From NCBI GenBank assembly GCA_965203295.1, contig CBDBCZ010000018.1, forward strand, positions 416,001 to 480,000: DNA of 64,000 nt, in the 5' to 3' direction. The position numbers and the translations under genes were made by a program. This DNA is from Nitrospirales bacterium (GTDB taxonomy: Bacteria; Nitrospirota; Nitrospiria; Nitrospirales; UBA8639). The notes below the pieces were generated by a model that was not told the origin of the DNA, did no database searches, and saw nothing but the letters and a program-made list of their open reading frames with translations. Of the stretch, positions 1 through 12,430 are shown piece after piece (the stretch's first letter is position 1; each line of letters starts with the position of its first letter).

Positions 1-724
1 TCTGCACAGATGAGCACCCAGGGAATTCCTCTGCTGCAACTTCTCTGGCACCAGATGGGAGCCCAGGAAGCTCTACTGCATTTTCTATGGTGATAAGAAC
101 ATTGCATGCATACATAAATGAACCAGCTACACTAATTAGAAAGAAGCCATAAGTTAATTTTTTGGTTGTCTGTTCTGCTAGTAAAGTGATACCTGTTAAA
201 AATATCAAATTTGTATTACGTTACTGAGTTGAAATTTTTCGCACACTGACAAGAAAATATTAATTAAACTCTACTTGTTGTACAGTATGTATTACTCTGA
301 TAGTGCATTTAATGCTCAAATAAAGTAGATCGTACCTCTCCCTACTTCGTCGCTCTTGTAAAGAAAGTTTGATGGCTCGACCCCTGGTGCAGACAGCATC
401 TGAAGGCACAGGTAGTGCTGGTGCTTGGTGGCAATGGTGTAGGGCAGGTTCTTGAAGTTCTTGCCCACCATGCTCTTAATGTGAGCATTTTTTTGCCTCA
501 AATCGCATGCACCATTGGTTTCGGAGGGGTCCAAACCTACACATGCATGCAAAAAAAAACAAATTTAAAACTAGACTTCTGCATGATTGACATTAAATGA
601 GTTTAACATTCGATAGATGCCATAATAAAGAAGGTTCATAGTCTGTCTAAGTCTCTCTTCATTCCTAAGCTGCATCTTTACACTGCAATACATGTAGATC
701 ACATTACTATACGATCACACAAAC
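1..724 (-). mobile_element. Duplicate fragment of the CMC/EnSpm transposase C-terminal exons (copy of ~5978-6683)
   Basis: Near-identical to 5978-6683. Minus strand encodes FGPLRNQWCMRFEAK then, after a frameshift, NAHIKSMVGKNFKNLPYTIATKHQ. Similarity ends after 'cgatcacacaaaca'. Confidence 0.75.
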
Positions 725-1654
725 ACTGGTCACGTGTTCATATTGGCAATCAGTCACGCCCACCACTTCCCATAGGATATACAGATATATATGCATACAC
801 GAGCGCTGTACACTCTACGTGCGGATACACAGCCAGTGATGTATACATGTACACTATGCCAACTACTCCATCAGCCCAGTCTGCAGTCCTACCAGGTCCA
901 AGTTGTGAATTATGCACCGCGGGGTATGTCTCTGCTAGAGACTTCTAGTTATTATATGGCTCGAGTAACTAGAGCTACCATCTCCAAAAACTGCCTACAC
1001 AACCATGACAGGAGTTGGGTGACGTCATTCTAAGGCTTTGAGTAGACGTGCTCGATGCACGGACAATCCATCTAACCACTCTACATCACAATTGAGGACA
1101 TAAGCATCACGGAAAGCTTCTAGCTACCACGCTAAGGCTTGCTAGTACACTCAAAGCTTACCGTCTACGCTTCCCGGTTCAGAATAGGTAGAAAGTCGAT
1201 GTACTGGCTTCGTTTGCGTCCATATAGAGGCTACATAAACCCTTTCACAGCTGGGAGTCGCCAATAGCTGTTTTGTCTACGCAGCAAAATCAGCACGTTC
1301 TACTCCAACGCGAATGATACGCACGAGGTAAATTAATTCGCCTACGGTGACGCCCAAGATGACGTAATTTCCCTGTGCAATGCGTTAATGCTCTGCCTTG
1401 AATACAAGTTATGAGGGCAAGTCACATGCAAGTCGAATAGGAGTTAATCTTGTATTTCACGCCATATAATACATAACTGCACTGTAGTAGGCATTAATAA
1501 AATATCAGTCCTGGAGTCACTTTATTTCCACCTGTACTGCCTCAATGTGTATAGCCTACCTTCGCAGAGAGAGCATCATTGTATTCTTCTGAGCCTGCTT
1601 ATAGCTGCTCACAAATAGGTCGGCCCTAATAGTGGAAAAATTCGTGGGTGTGAA

Positions 1655-1835
1655 ATTTCCCAGCTGGTTCACCATTCCCATAAAACGACGTAGCTCGGGG
1701 ATGGTTGTTGGTGGCTTCTTTCTCGGATGGCCGAAGTTTTCTCTGGGTCGGCCCGAATGCCCGTCTCGTCAATCATGCGACCGAGGAAGTTGATGGATGT
1801 CTTGGCAAATTTGCATTCCTGCGTGTTGCTGCACA
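1655..1835 (-). mobile_element. Ty3/gypsy pol fragment (RT thumb/connection region)
   Basis: ECKFAKTSINFLGRMIDETGIRADPEKTSAIRE, then frameshifted PTTIPELRRFMGMVNQLG; typical gypsy RT C-terminal motifs. Confidence 0.8.
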
Positions 1836-2479
1836 CGCTAAATTCCTTGAGCGACTGATCTGACTCTCGGAATCTGGGAAAGTCCCTTGTGTCAATCACG
1901 AGAGGCTGAGGTTCCTTGAGGGAAGGATGTGGTTTCTCCAAGGAAGGCTTGAGTTGTTCCTGGGGAGAAGGATGTGGTTCCTCCAAGAAAGGCTTGAGTT
2001 GTTCCTCTTCTGCAGGTGGCTGCTTCTGGAAAAACTCAACTATAGTAGGCTGTGAGTGATCTGAATGGACTGCTTTTTTGGTATTTCAACGCGCTTAGCG
2101 ATCTTCAAAAGTCAACTCTTCTCATTAGCATACAGCCTCTTGTGCTTGTAGTCAAAATGCTGCGAGAGCCTTTTCTGGATCTTACTTGGACAGCCAGCAC
2201 TTACGAGAATACCGGTTATCTTCATACTTCTGCATTTTAGGGAAATTGATAACGTGGTGGTAAAAATTACAACCCTTGAAAAATTACATACTGCATGGGC
2301 TTCACCCTTCGCGCTTAACAATCTTTCGCAGTCCGTCTTCTCCAGTTGACCCCACTACCCTTACTAAGAAAAAGGCTCCAGGCAACGAGGCTACATTGCA
2401 AGAAACATAAGTATTGCAATCTGTAAGCTTACAATAAACTACAGAAGCAAGTCGTTTTACACGTTCATAATTTTCTCAC

Positions 2480-2730
2480 CTCTCACTTGCGCAGCTGTAC
2501 CGGTACCAAAGTAAACCGTATCGCCCCATCCGCCCTTCGTGTGGGTGAATCACTCCGTCGACAATTCTTACAATTCTCACCATCCCTGTAGTGGGATTAC
2601 GGTACTTCAGACAGGACACATTCCCGAACATAGACTGTAGAGTGTCGAGGCCTAGGGAGCCATTTGGCTCTAGGTCAACCTCGCAAGCTTCACCGCCTTC
2701 TTCTCGTGCCATGAGGACATAATCTTCCAT
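2480..2730 (-). pseudogene. TDP-43 N-terminal-domain-like exon with one frameshift
   Basis: MEDYVLMAREEGGEACEVDLEPNGSLGLDTLQSMFGNVSCLKYRNPTTGMVRIVRIVDGVIHPHE, then in the +1 frame GGWGDTVYF. Aligns by eye with the TARDBP NTD (..LRYRNP..MRGVRLVEGILHAP.AGWGNLVY). GTGAG donor follows; no RRM seen nearby. Confidence 0.7.
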
Positions 2731-3030
2731 TTTCTTCTGAACTCATGAAATTCTGATACGAAAGACTAGTACTCGCTCTGAACTCACTCTCATTAAAACT
2801 CCGAAAGGAAAGACTAGTTGACATCTGCGCATATGTATTTATAGGGGATTGGTCATGAGACTAGATATAAAGCCTCATATCCGGTTAGTTAACTAAACGA
2901 TTCTAAAGCCCCACCCATTGGCGAAATCATCGGCGTTAAACGGGAGCCGTCTAGTCTGGACTAAAGATAAAGCGAAGCTGTTACAGAGTCGACTCGGAAT
3001 CAATATGTATTAATGTTTGTTTGTGTCTTG

Positions 3031-3095
3031 TGTCGATGTTCCCTGAGGAAGGTTGGTAGAGTGCGTATTATCTATGCAACTGAAACGTTGGCAGT
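3031..3095 (+). ncRNA. Candidate Penelope-type minimal hammerhead ribozyme motif
   Basis: CTGAGGA (3043-3049), pairable stem II (ggttggtaga...tctatgcaact), GAAACGTT (3082-3089). Stem I pairing is weak. Confidence 0.4.
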
Positions 3096-5461
3096 TTCTT
3101 TGAAACAACTGTTGCGGGTTGGAATAAGGATACGTATAATTATCTCCTTGAGTACATAGTCTAGACTAAGGCTTGACCAGATATCTCTGGTATTGACAGC
3201 TTGTAATTAGCTTCGCGTCGATGCCTAGACTAGCCACGTGTGCTTCCTGCTTCTATATATAAGGACATTACTACTTAATTTTTTCAAGTTACAGCTCGAA
3301 TAGTTCAAATCTAGTTTACTTTTACCCAGTTACAGCTCGAACGGTTCAGATTGCACACAAGTCTTCCATTCAAATGTACAAGAAAGTGAGTATGGCAGTT
3401 CTGTGCTGGAGTCCTAAATCAGTGTGTAGATAGCAATGGTATGCAGGAGAGTGTAATTTCGTAGGTAATATAGCACACAACAGATTAAGTCTCAATTTAG
3501 CGCTATAGACTTATGCAGCGGTTCAGCCCCACCCATCTACTAAAAGCCATACAAATGCAGGAAGATCACAGTCCGGAAGCGTATGTATAGTACTACCCGC
3601 GGTAGAGGGCTATACATAGTAATCATCAGATTCTGTCATATACATCGACTGGCTCCTGTTTATGATATAATACTGAATAATACTCTCAGTGAAATAAGGC
3701 ATTCAGTTGGTTTTTGGAATAAAGTTAGCTTTTTGGGCGAATTTACGATCAATAACCGATTGGCCACTTTGATCCACTGATCAAGTCCTCTTGGATAGCT
3801 AAAAAAGCCGGTGAGTAGCAGTTTTGGAGCAGTGTGAGGAAAACCTCTTGGTAAGGTGGTGGCTTTTAACCGATTATACGCGATTGACGCCTATAGGCGT
3901 CACGCGTGCAAAATGCGTTAAGCGCGGTAGACGCCTATAGGCGTCATTGTCAACGGTATTACCTTTACTGTGCTGTACTGGAAGCGGGAGGAGCTAAGAG
4001 CGAGCGGACACTTGTAGGTCTTTACTACACTTCCTGAGGTACGTAATACTGTGAATAGAATTATGGTAAGCATTGTTATGGATTCAGGATAGTAACTATA
4101 AAATTGTTGATAACAGCAACACTCCTACACTGCACAACAGCTAAAAATGAAAGCTAAAAAGAGCCCCTGCACATCTGTATCTTCAGTTCTGGATGCTGTT
4201 ATGATGGAAGAGAATGAGGATGACTTGCAGGAAACCATGTTGGAGGGGTGGGGAGGGCAGTGGTGAACTGCTGTGAGCCTACAACAAGAGGAGAGATATA
4301 ATGAAACTCTTGCCCCAACACAGCTGGACTCTCCAACATTCACTCAGAGCATCTCTGCACATACCAGGCTCTCTATCCCCTTATAAACAATCTATGGGAA
4401 ACCCTTTTCCCTCCACAGCACCCCCACTATGCCCACCTGGTTGTCATCCTTGCTTCCATACAAGCATATTCATTCCCTCCCGTCAGCCCGACCATTTCCG
4501 TCCCACCACCACAGACACCATAACGTCACGGATTTGTCAAAAACTGTGACATCTGGTTGTTTATAGTGGAGACTCTGTCAGTGACTGCTCTCAGATGAGG
4601 CACAAACACCTGGCGGGAGCAGAGCAGTGAATCACTTCCCTCTACCTAGCGTCTGCTTCCGACATTTTTCCCCCCTCCCGACACACACACCCATCTCGAC
4701 TCTCCTCACTTTATCCATCTCTATAGCTTCTGTCTAGTTAGTAATGAAGTATTTATTACTTTAGAATGCTATCTGCTGTATCCACAGACCTACAAAAGCC
4801 TAAAAGCTTACTGAGCTCGTATACTTAGTCTCGGGTTCCAGGCGTTAAAAATTTGGTCTCACTACCCAGGAAAAACTAAGCTTTTTTAGCGCTGCTACCA
4901 TTATATATAGTAGCAAGCCGCTTACACACACATGCCTACACCTAGGCCTAGCCATTACTTGTCCCTTCTATCACAAAGTGACAGAAAAATCCAATAATGG
5001 CCAAGCGTCGGTAGCTACCGCTAACAAAAATAACTTACCGCGCGAGATGTAGCATGCTATCTTCGTCCAGAGTGGTGACAGCCAGGCGATCTTGGCGCCG
5101 TTGGAAAGCCCTGCCATCGCGCTTCACCATGGTACCTGGTTGCCTGTAGCCATCTTCCAGCGTTTAGCAGCTACAAACAGTTTTTGCCAACGAGGCAAAA
5201 AAACTATTTCCGCCATACGATTAATTTCGCTATACGGTATAGCCTCGCGAAATAATTCTCGCGTATAATCGGTTAAAAAGCCGGTGAGTAGCAGCTTTGG
5301 AGCAGTGTTAGGAAAACCTCTTGATAAGGTGGTGGCTTTTAGAAAAGTCGGTGCAAAGTAGAAAACAGTACGAGAAAATAAAATAGAAGCAGTGTCTAAG
5401 TTAAGGCATGATATGTAATGTTGCTGTCTTAGTAACAATAGGTGCTAAAGGTGTAGCTATA

Positions 5462-7495
5462 TTAAATGTCAAACTCCACAACATGGCACAAGCAAATTGA
5501 AGTGTACATAACTGAATTGACGTAATATTTATGGTACACTTTATGCATTTTTAGTGAGCCTACATCTACCATAACGTAGCTATTGGTATTGGTGATAGAA
5601 TAAGCAAAGAGATGATGCGAAAAAGGTGATGTTTCGTGTACTTGAACTAAAAATTTCTTTCTCTCACCTTGTACAAAGATGTGATCAATCCCCCCGAATA
5701 CTGGAAGTTCTTTGTCAGATATTTCCATGCAAATTAGGGCACCTGGTCAAAACTCCACCCCGAGCACAGTGACAGCTGACACGCTTAAATAGAAGAAAAT
5801 AAATTGCTGCTGTGAGACTACTCCAAAGTGCACACACGCATGTATACTTTCACAAAGTCGTGTGTAATGTTAATCTCACCTCTGCACAGATGAGCACCCA
5901 GGGAATTCCTCTGCTGCAACTTCTCTGCACACACGCATGTATACTTTCACAAAGTCGTGTGTAATGTTAATCTCACCTCTGCACAGATGAGCACCCAGGG
6001 AATTCCTCTGCTGCAACTTCTCTGGCACCAGATGGGAGCTCAGGAAGCTCTACTGCATTTTCTATGGTGATAAAAGCATTGCATGCATACATAAATGACC
6101 AGCTACACTAATTAGAAAGAAGCCGTAAGTTTATTCTGTTCTGCTAGTAAAGTGATACCTGTTAAAAAATAATATCAAATTTGCATTACGTTACTGAGTT
6201 GAAATTTCTCGCACACTGACAAGAAACTCTACTTGTTGTACAGTATGTATTACTCTGATAGTGTATTTAATGCTGCAATAAAGTAGATCATACCTCTCCC
6301 TACTTCGTCGCTCTTGTAAAGAAAGTTTGATGGCTCGACCCCTGGTGCAGACAGCATCTGAAGGCACATGTAGTGCTGGTGCTTAGTGGCAATGGTGTAG
6401 GGCAGGTTCTTGAAGGTCTTGCCCACCATGCTCTTAATGTGAGCATTTTTTTGCCTCAAATCGCACGCACCATTGGTTTCAGAGGGGTCCAAACCTACAC
6501 ATGCATGCAAAAAAAACAAATTTAAAACTAGACTTCTGCATGATTGACATTAAATGAGTTTAACATTCGATAGATACCATAATAAAGTAGGTTCATAGTC
6601 TGTCTAAGTCTCTCTTCATCCCTTAGCTGCATCTTTACACTGCAATACATGTAGATCACATTACTATACGATCACACAAACAGTTAACATAGTTATGTAC
6701 GATGTAAGCAGCTTCATCTGCTGTGGAAGGTGTATCAGGTAGTGCAGTTTAGGCACCATGCTTCCAAGGTACAGCCTGTGGTACTGCCTGAGGTATTCCT
6801 GCACAATCAGTGTCATTGTACTGGCTGTGACCTCAGTCATTTCCACTGCTGTGGCATGAGTGACCACCCGCAATAGTTGGATGTAGCACTTCCAGTGTTT
6901 GTCACTCTCAGGAACGTGTTTCCCAATCATCAGTGGCAGTAGTCGCCCCAGCAACCACATCTGTGAAGCTAATGATACAAAGCAATAGAAAATTCAAGAC
7001 GATTTTTGCTGTGAAATAAATGAAAGTATTTCACTGTGTTACTGAGTGGACGAGTTCACACAAAATTTATATTAATTATATTATTATTATTATTATTATT
7101 ATAATCAAATACAGAAATACTAAGGCAAACACTGATTGAAAAGAGCTACTCACCTGATTACCCCAACTTTGTTGAGTTATCACTTACAAGACGATCCCGG
7201 TCAATGGGGCTGGGGATGGTTCTGGCCTCAGAATACCTATACGGGAATGTCTTGCCCATTCAGGGCGTCAGTGGTGAAATACACCTTTTCCCAGATGTAG
7301 TGGGCAAGAATCCTCCGGCACTGCAGCATGAGCATTTTCTGTATGTCGAAGTACTTTCCTTGTACCCCCCAGCACAGCTTGCAGCGGGAGAATCTTCAAG
7401 AAATGCACTTTCAATGCAAGCAAGCACCCGTGAAAGTGATGCTCTTGCCTTACATGAATGCCTTCCTGTTGGAACAAATAATTTAGGTGCTTAAA
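5462..7495 (-). mobile_element. Intron-containing CMC/EnSpm (CACTA) transposase, decayed, C-terminal half
   Basis: Exons encode ..GGYKESTSTYRKC.., FPYRYSEARTIPSPIDRDRL, ASQMWLLGRLLPLMIG..PKLHYLIHLPQQM, FGPLRNQWCVRFEAK and a final exon at 5462-5750. GT-AG introns, frameshifts and an internal deletion. Tandem ~97-bp duplication at ~5830-6025. Confidence 0.75.
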
Positions 7496-7912
7496 TGTCA
7501 TAACACAGATAGGAGAATATGTATGCAAAGGACAGAACCACACACATGTCCAATGCACTTTGTGGTATTACTCGATAACTCAACAGTAATAGAATAGACT
7601 CTACAAGATACAGTAAACGTCATACTATATAGTAGATCTAACTATAGGCAGTTACATCACAACTCCCCCTTTAGGCCAGTCGCACTGGAGAGATGATTGG
7701 CGTTCCAGTTTGGGATCTTGTCATGATCCTGCGAGTTGGTTCGAGCTCGGGTGCATGCAATGAATCATGCCAGTCGTTCGAACGATCGGACGTATCGGGC
7801 ATAACAGTCAGGTGGGAGTGGTTTCGACGCACCTGCCCGGTTGGAGTGTCGACCACATAGGACCTAGGGTCAGCTGCTGAGGAAACAACTCTTCCCCGAA
7901 CTGGGTCCCCTT
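7496..7912 (-). mobile_element. Ty3/gypsy 3' end: pol tail, polypurine tract and ~166-bp LTR
   Basis: GRVVSSAADPRSYVVDTPTGQVRRNHSHL..RIMTRSQTG..PVRLA* (post-integrase tail), PPT AAGGGGGAG near 7663-7671, LTR TG(7661)...CA(7496) abutting the CACTA ORF. Confidence 0.75.
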
Positions 7913-7929
7913 CAGAGCTGATCCAGACC

Positions 7930-9150
7930 TCTAAATATAAATGGCAAAGAGATGGAGGAAGTAGAATCATTTAAGTACTTGCAGCTGGGGGTGTGGTTTG
8001 ACCGATGGATGAGAGGAAACATGCATTTAATGAAGATGGTCGAGAAAGCAGAGGAATGGGTAGGTAAAGTAGAATGGATGGCTAGGGCAAATGGAGATAT
8101 GGAAGTCGAGCGTAGAAGGATGGCATGGGAATTGATGGCAAGGCCATGTTTGGAGCACGCAGCAGAAGTATGGTGGCCAGGAGGGAAAGTGGTGGGTAGA
8201 AAATTGGAAACAGTGCATGCAAGACCAAATAGGTAGGAAGTTGCTGAGGGCAAGTAATACAGTGGCAGGGTTGCGGTGCGAGGTGATCTTGGATGGAGAA
8301 GGTTGGAAGAGAGGAGGGAAGAGTAGAAGGTTCTGTTTGGTAGGGGGAACTAGGTGAAGAGAGACTGGTAATGTGGATTGTAGAAAAATTGCAAGAAGCT
8401 GGTGGAGTGGGGTGAGGGAGGAGTATGAAGTGCTGACTAGGAAGTATGGGCTGGAACAGGAAGATGAAGGGAAAGCAGGGTCTGCTGCAGAGTGGAAGAG
8501 AAGAGTAAGAGAGCTAAACAGGAATGAATGGAAGGAAGAAGTAGAGCCAATGAGCAGCTTGAGATGGTATAGAGCAGTGCAAGATACTTTTGGTGTGGAG
8601 GAGTACGTTGCGTCATGGGTAGGGCATGCGGCGGTTAGGTTGAGGTTTCGGTTGAATACTGGTTCTGCGGGGTTGTTTGAGGATAAATGGAGGTGTCAGA
8701 TGTGCGTAGATGGGAGGTGACTGTTGTGTAATAGGGGTGACGTAGAGGATGTAGGGCATTTTGTATTGAATTGTGGAGAATTTACTGCAGAGAGGAGAAA
8801 GTTGGTTAGGAAGATTAGGAGTTTAGTAGGGGCAGAAATATGGGTTGAGGAATATGACAGAGATGTAGAAGAGAAGATGGCATTGTTAGGAAAGAGGATG
8901 GAAGGGGTGGAGAGGGATGTGATGGATGTAGTAGACGGGTGGTTGTTAAAGGAGTTGCTGGTGTGGTGGAGAAGGAGGAAAGATTTGTTGGGATGGACTT
9001 AGGTAGCTAAACCCTGCTCCAAGTACCTGGAACCCAGCGCTCCCATACCCCCACCTCTTATGATCATAACAGTTATTGCTATTGTAGTTATAAATGTTGT
9101 TGTTATTATTCTGTGTGTCTTGTATGTGATGGCCCAGTAGGGCTCAGACA
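7930..9150 (+). mobile_element. 5'-truncated non-LTR retrotransposon (LINE) ORF2 C-terminus and 3' UTR
   Basis: EEVESFKYL.GVWFD (RT thumb), RPCLEHAAEVWW, AVRGDLGW, FRLNTGSAGL, C-terminal zinc motif ..LCNRGDVEDVGHFVLNC. Stops and frameshifts; ORF ends at 9002. Confidence 0.85.
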
Positions 9151-9719
9151 TGAAAGATTTAAAGATATCCCACCGATAGTAATTATGCTTCAGCGGTTCG
9201 TACAGTCCTTGCACGGTTTTGACACAGAGCATCATTCGTACAACGCCTGTGACGCCACGTGCTTTTGAAGATGAACATGCATGTAAACGCCCCCCAGTCC
9301 CCATCCCCTTTCCATCCCGTAGCAGCAGTTCCGCTGGTAACCCTGACGCCTGGGTGAGCCAATCGGACATCAACCCTAATGCCTGCGACCTCGAACAAGA
9401 CGACTCATTATTTGTTCGTCCATGCCAGGTGATGAAGAAGAGGAAGACTGCAGCTTACCTCCCGCATCTCCCCCACTCTCGGCGCCAGCCCGGCTCGGGA
9501 GCTCCTCACACCACGCTGAATTCTCAATGCACCTCTGCGTATTTAAGAAGTGCCAGTGGTGGTGACTCCACCAAACCCAGCATTGAGCGTCTGAACCCTA
9601 CACATTCACCGCAGGCCTATGTTCCCCGTAGCTCCTCATGGTGAACGAAATAAACCCCTTTGAATGAGAAGGCATGAGAATATTGACACAGTAAAGTAAC
9701 TGCCTGAGTTCTACCTTTG

Positions 9720-10420
9720 GCCAAGTTTGAAGCAGTCAAAACTGGTTGGTTGGTTCTGAGTTGTTCTCTAACCTCTCACGGTTGATCTGACGGGATTCTT
9801 GGGCGAGAACGGCAGACCAGTTCTTAATGACCGTCTTCACCCTCTGTACTTTCATAAGGCCAGCTGTGTCAATGGTCAGGACAAGGAATTGATTGCTTGC
9901 CGAATCCGATTGAGGTTTACATTTTGGGTTGATGGCTGTATGTCGGCCTCCAGGAATTTTAGGTAGCGGCCCATCCGATCACATTCCAGAAGTAGCTCCT
10001 AGAGGGCACCAGGTTTCGCAAAGTAGAGGTACCTGCTCACATCCGCGAAAATCTGTTTCGACTCCCTCTCAGATCTCTTGCAGCCGTGGCGACTCTCTAG
10101 GTAACCCCGAAGCTCAACCAGAAAGGGTTGGCCGCTTGGAAAGAAAGGCTTGCTGGCAATATCCTTTCCCACATGGTAGGTAGTCAGTTATTGACGACTG
10201 GTTGGGATGGCTCACTTGCACTGCCATGAGTAGTGTAATGGCAGCATCCCTACACATATCCGGTGCTCCGGAGTGCCAACGGTTTTGTGCATTGTGATAA
10301 TGTGCTGGCTCAACTTGGCGAATATTTGGCCACATCCAAGGATTGGACAACAGCGTGCTTTTCTGTTGCCCTTTCTCTTTTTGGTCCGGACCCCTATAGT
10401 GATGCCGATAAACATGCAAT
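9720..10420 (-). pseudogene. Degraded multi-exon ORF: C2H2-like finger plus helical domain, probably transposon-derived
   Basis: CPILGCGQIFAKLSQHIITMH (C2H2-like), then FLVELRGYLESRHGCKRSERESKQIFADVSRYLYF..MGRYLKFLEADIQPSTQNVNLNRIRQAIN with a stop and a frameshift. Confidence 0.4.
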
Positions 10421-10949
10421 TGGCAAGTCAGAATGGATTTATCTGAACATTAAGTAGTACGACCTGGTTGTACAATTTGATGCACAGCTATTACACCGTA
10501 CCCTCCTCTTAGTGGTTTGATGCATGTACGGTTCTGATGGACTCCATTGTTGCCAGAAAGGGACATTAATCATAAAATTTACTTAATGTAAATTTGTATT
10601 TGTGTGTACCTCTCTCAAGTCGCCAGCCTGTGGACCCTCATCCTCGGAAGAAATAGGGTTAGGGTAGTGTCTTCGGATAGTGCCCTTGATAGAGATGTGA
10701 TATAATCAAGTCACAACAGCTTAGAAAATGTTGACTTGTTTGCACCTTTCGGCGGCGAACCAACTGCTCGTATATATATGAAACTGATCATGTTTGTTAA
10801 ACAATTTGGTACTACAGTTTCAAAAACAAACGAGAACTCACATACAGCAGCTGCAGGGTTTGACTAGCGGAAGTCACACCGTGTACATCCTGTATATCAT
10901 TTCACAATGTGATCACTAAACTGCAGACATCTCTAAGCATAAACCAATA

Positions 10950-11420
10950 CAATTATTCTGGGGTGTGTCCCTCGAGGAACGCACCACAAAACCCCGAAAC
11001 TGAAGACACAGCTGTATTTACTGGCTAATAGACTAACCCCATGCTTCTAACATTGAGAACAAATAATTCCACGGTGTGTCCTCGAGGGATGCATCCCGGA
11101 CCGCGAAACCCCGAATTTGGATATGCTGCTGCATCTGCCTACAAATAGACTAACCCCATGCTTCAATGCTTGAGATGTGTCCCTCAAGGGACGCACCACG
11201 AAACCCCAAAATTAGAGAAATAGCTGTATTGGCTTGCAAATAGACCAACCCCATGCTGCAATGCTTGAGAATAAATCAATCCTTCTGGGGTACGTCCCTC
11301 GAGGGACGCACCAAGAAACCACGAAATGGGAGATACAGCTGTATTTGCTTGCAAACAGTATAACCCCACGCTTCAATGTTTGAGAATAAATCATTCGGGG
11401 TGCGTCCCTCAAAAATGTCT
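10950..11420. repeat. Diverged tandem repeat, ~115-bp unit, about 4-5 copies
   Basis: Recurring 'gtgtccctcgagggacgcaccac.aaacccc.aaa..cagctgtatt..gcaaatagactaaccccatgcttcaatg'. Confidence 0.8.
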
Positions 11421-11737
11421 GATGTTTGGTCATAGAAGTAGGGTTAGGGCCGGGTGTGTGGGGTTAGGTCAGTCAATGACCGTGCTATATGTCCTGAAAA
11501 TGTAAAGTCGATTGGACATTAGGTTAAGGAGATACGGAGCGATAAACATCCAACATATGAACCCAATGCCGATTTTACGGGTTAGGTATATTGAGGCGGG
11601 CGGGGTTAGAGTTATGAGGTGGGGTTATTAAGTTCTACACCGGGGTTAGGTAGTGTGGGTATATATGTCTCAGTGATGTGGTTTTGGTTGGCGTGGGGTT
11701 GAAAATTGGGTTTTTTGATGAATTTGGGTGGAGCTGT

Positions 11738-11885
11738 GTGGGGCTCATCTGCATGAGCTGGCGGAATCTGAGGCACAGCTACACTGTGAGCATGCTCCAT
11801 CATCCTCACACATACTGTGGGGCTCATCTGCATGAGCTGGCAGAGTCTGAGGCACAGCTACACTGTGAGCATGCTCCATCCTCAC
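11738..11885. repeat. Two-copy ~78-bp tandem duplication
   Basis: 'tgtggggctcatctgcatgagctggc..tctgaggcacagctacactgtgagcatgctccatc' occurs twice. Confidence 0.85.
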
Positions 11886-11955
11886 ACATACTTGAATGTA
11901 CGGTAGTAGCTCTCTGGGTCTGCAGTGTGAATGTATGTGTGGGGGAGTACATGTA

Positions 11956-12430
11956 CCATAAACTACGTATTATCCGCCCATCCCCCTTTTTGAGTCAGAG
12001 TTACGTTGGAGGGGGTATTTATGTACTTAGTATCTGCCCACCTTTAATTAAATACCATCCATGCGAGTTAAACATGTAACAACTGAAAATTCCAAGACAT
12101 CGAGCAGAATCAAACGACAACTCGATCTTCAGTGCGCTTTAATTGGAATACCGACGGTGAGTCCGTCAGCCACTTCGCTTTTTAGCGAACAGTAGTCTGC
12201 ATGCTTCTACAAAAGGTAGTTCAATACAATTTGCATTCACTGTGGTGTGGTACTTGCCTAGAAAAGCTATACTGACCTTGTATACTCACTTTGCATACCG
12301 CGCGTTTGGAATGCGTTCGAGTGGGCGGATACTACATCGCATTTATAAAAACTACGTATTATCTGCCCACCCCCTCTTTCAGCTTGCATTTAAGTGGCCC
12401 GCCCATGGGCGGATAATACGTACTTTACGG
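11956..12430. mobile_element. TA-flanked MITE (Tc1/mariner-pogo type)
   Basis: 26-bp TIRs CCATAAACTACGTATTATCCGCCCAT / CCGTAAAGTACGTATTATCCGCCCAT, TA on both sides. Confidence 0.85.

Noticed and set aside
11438..11652. Telomeric repeat (GGGTTAG motifs; also CCTAACCCTAACCCTAA at ~42848-42864)
   Set aside because: Scattered or only 2-3 units, not a tandem telomere tract.
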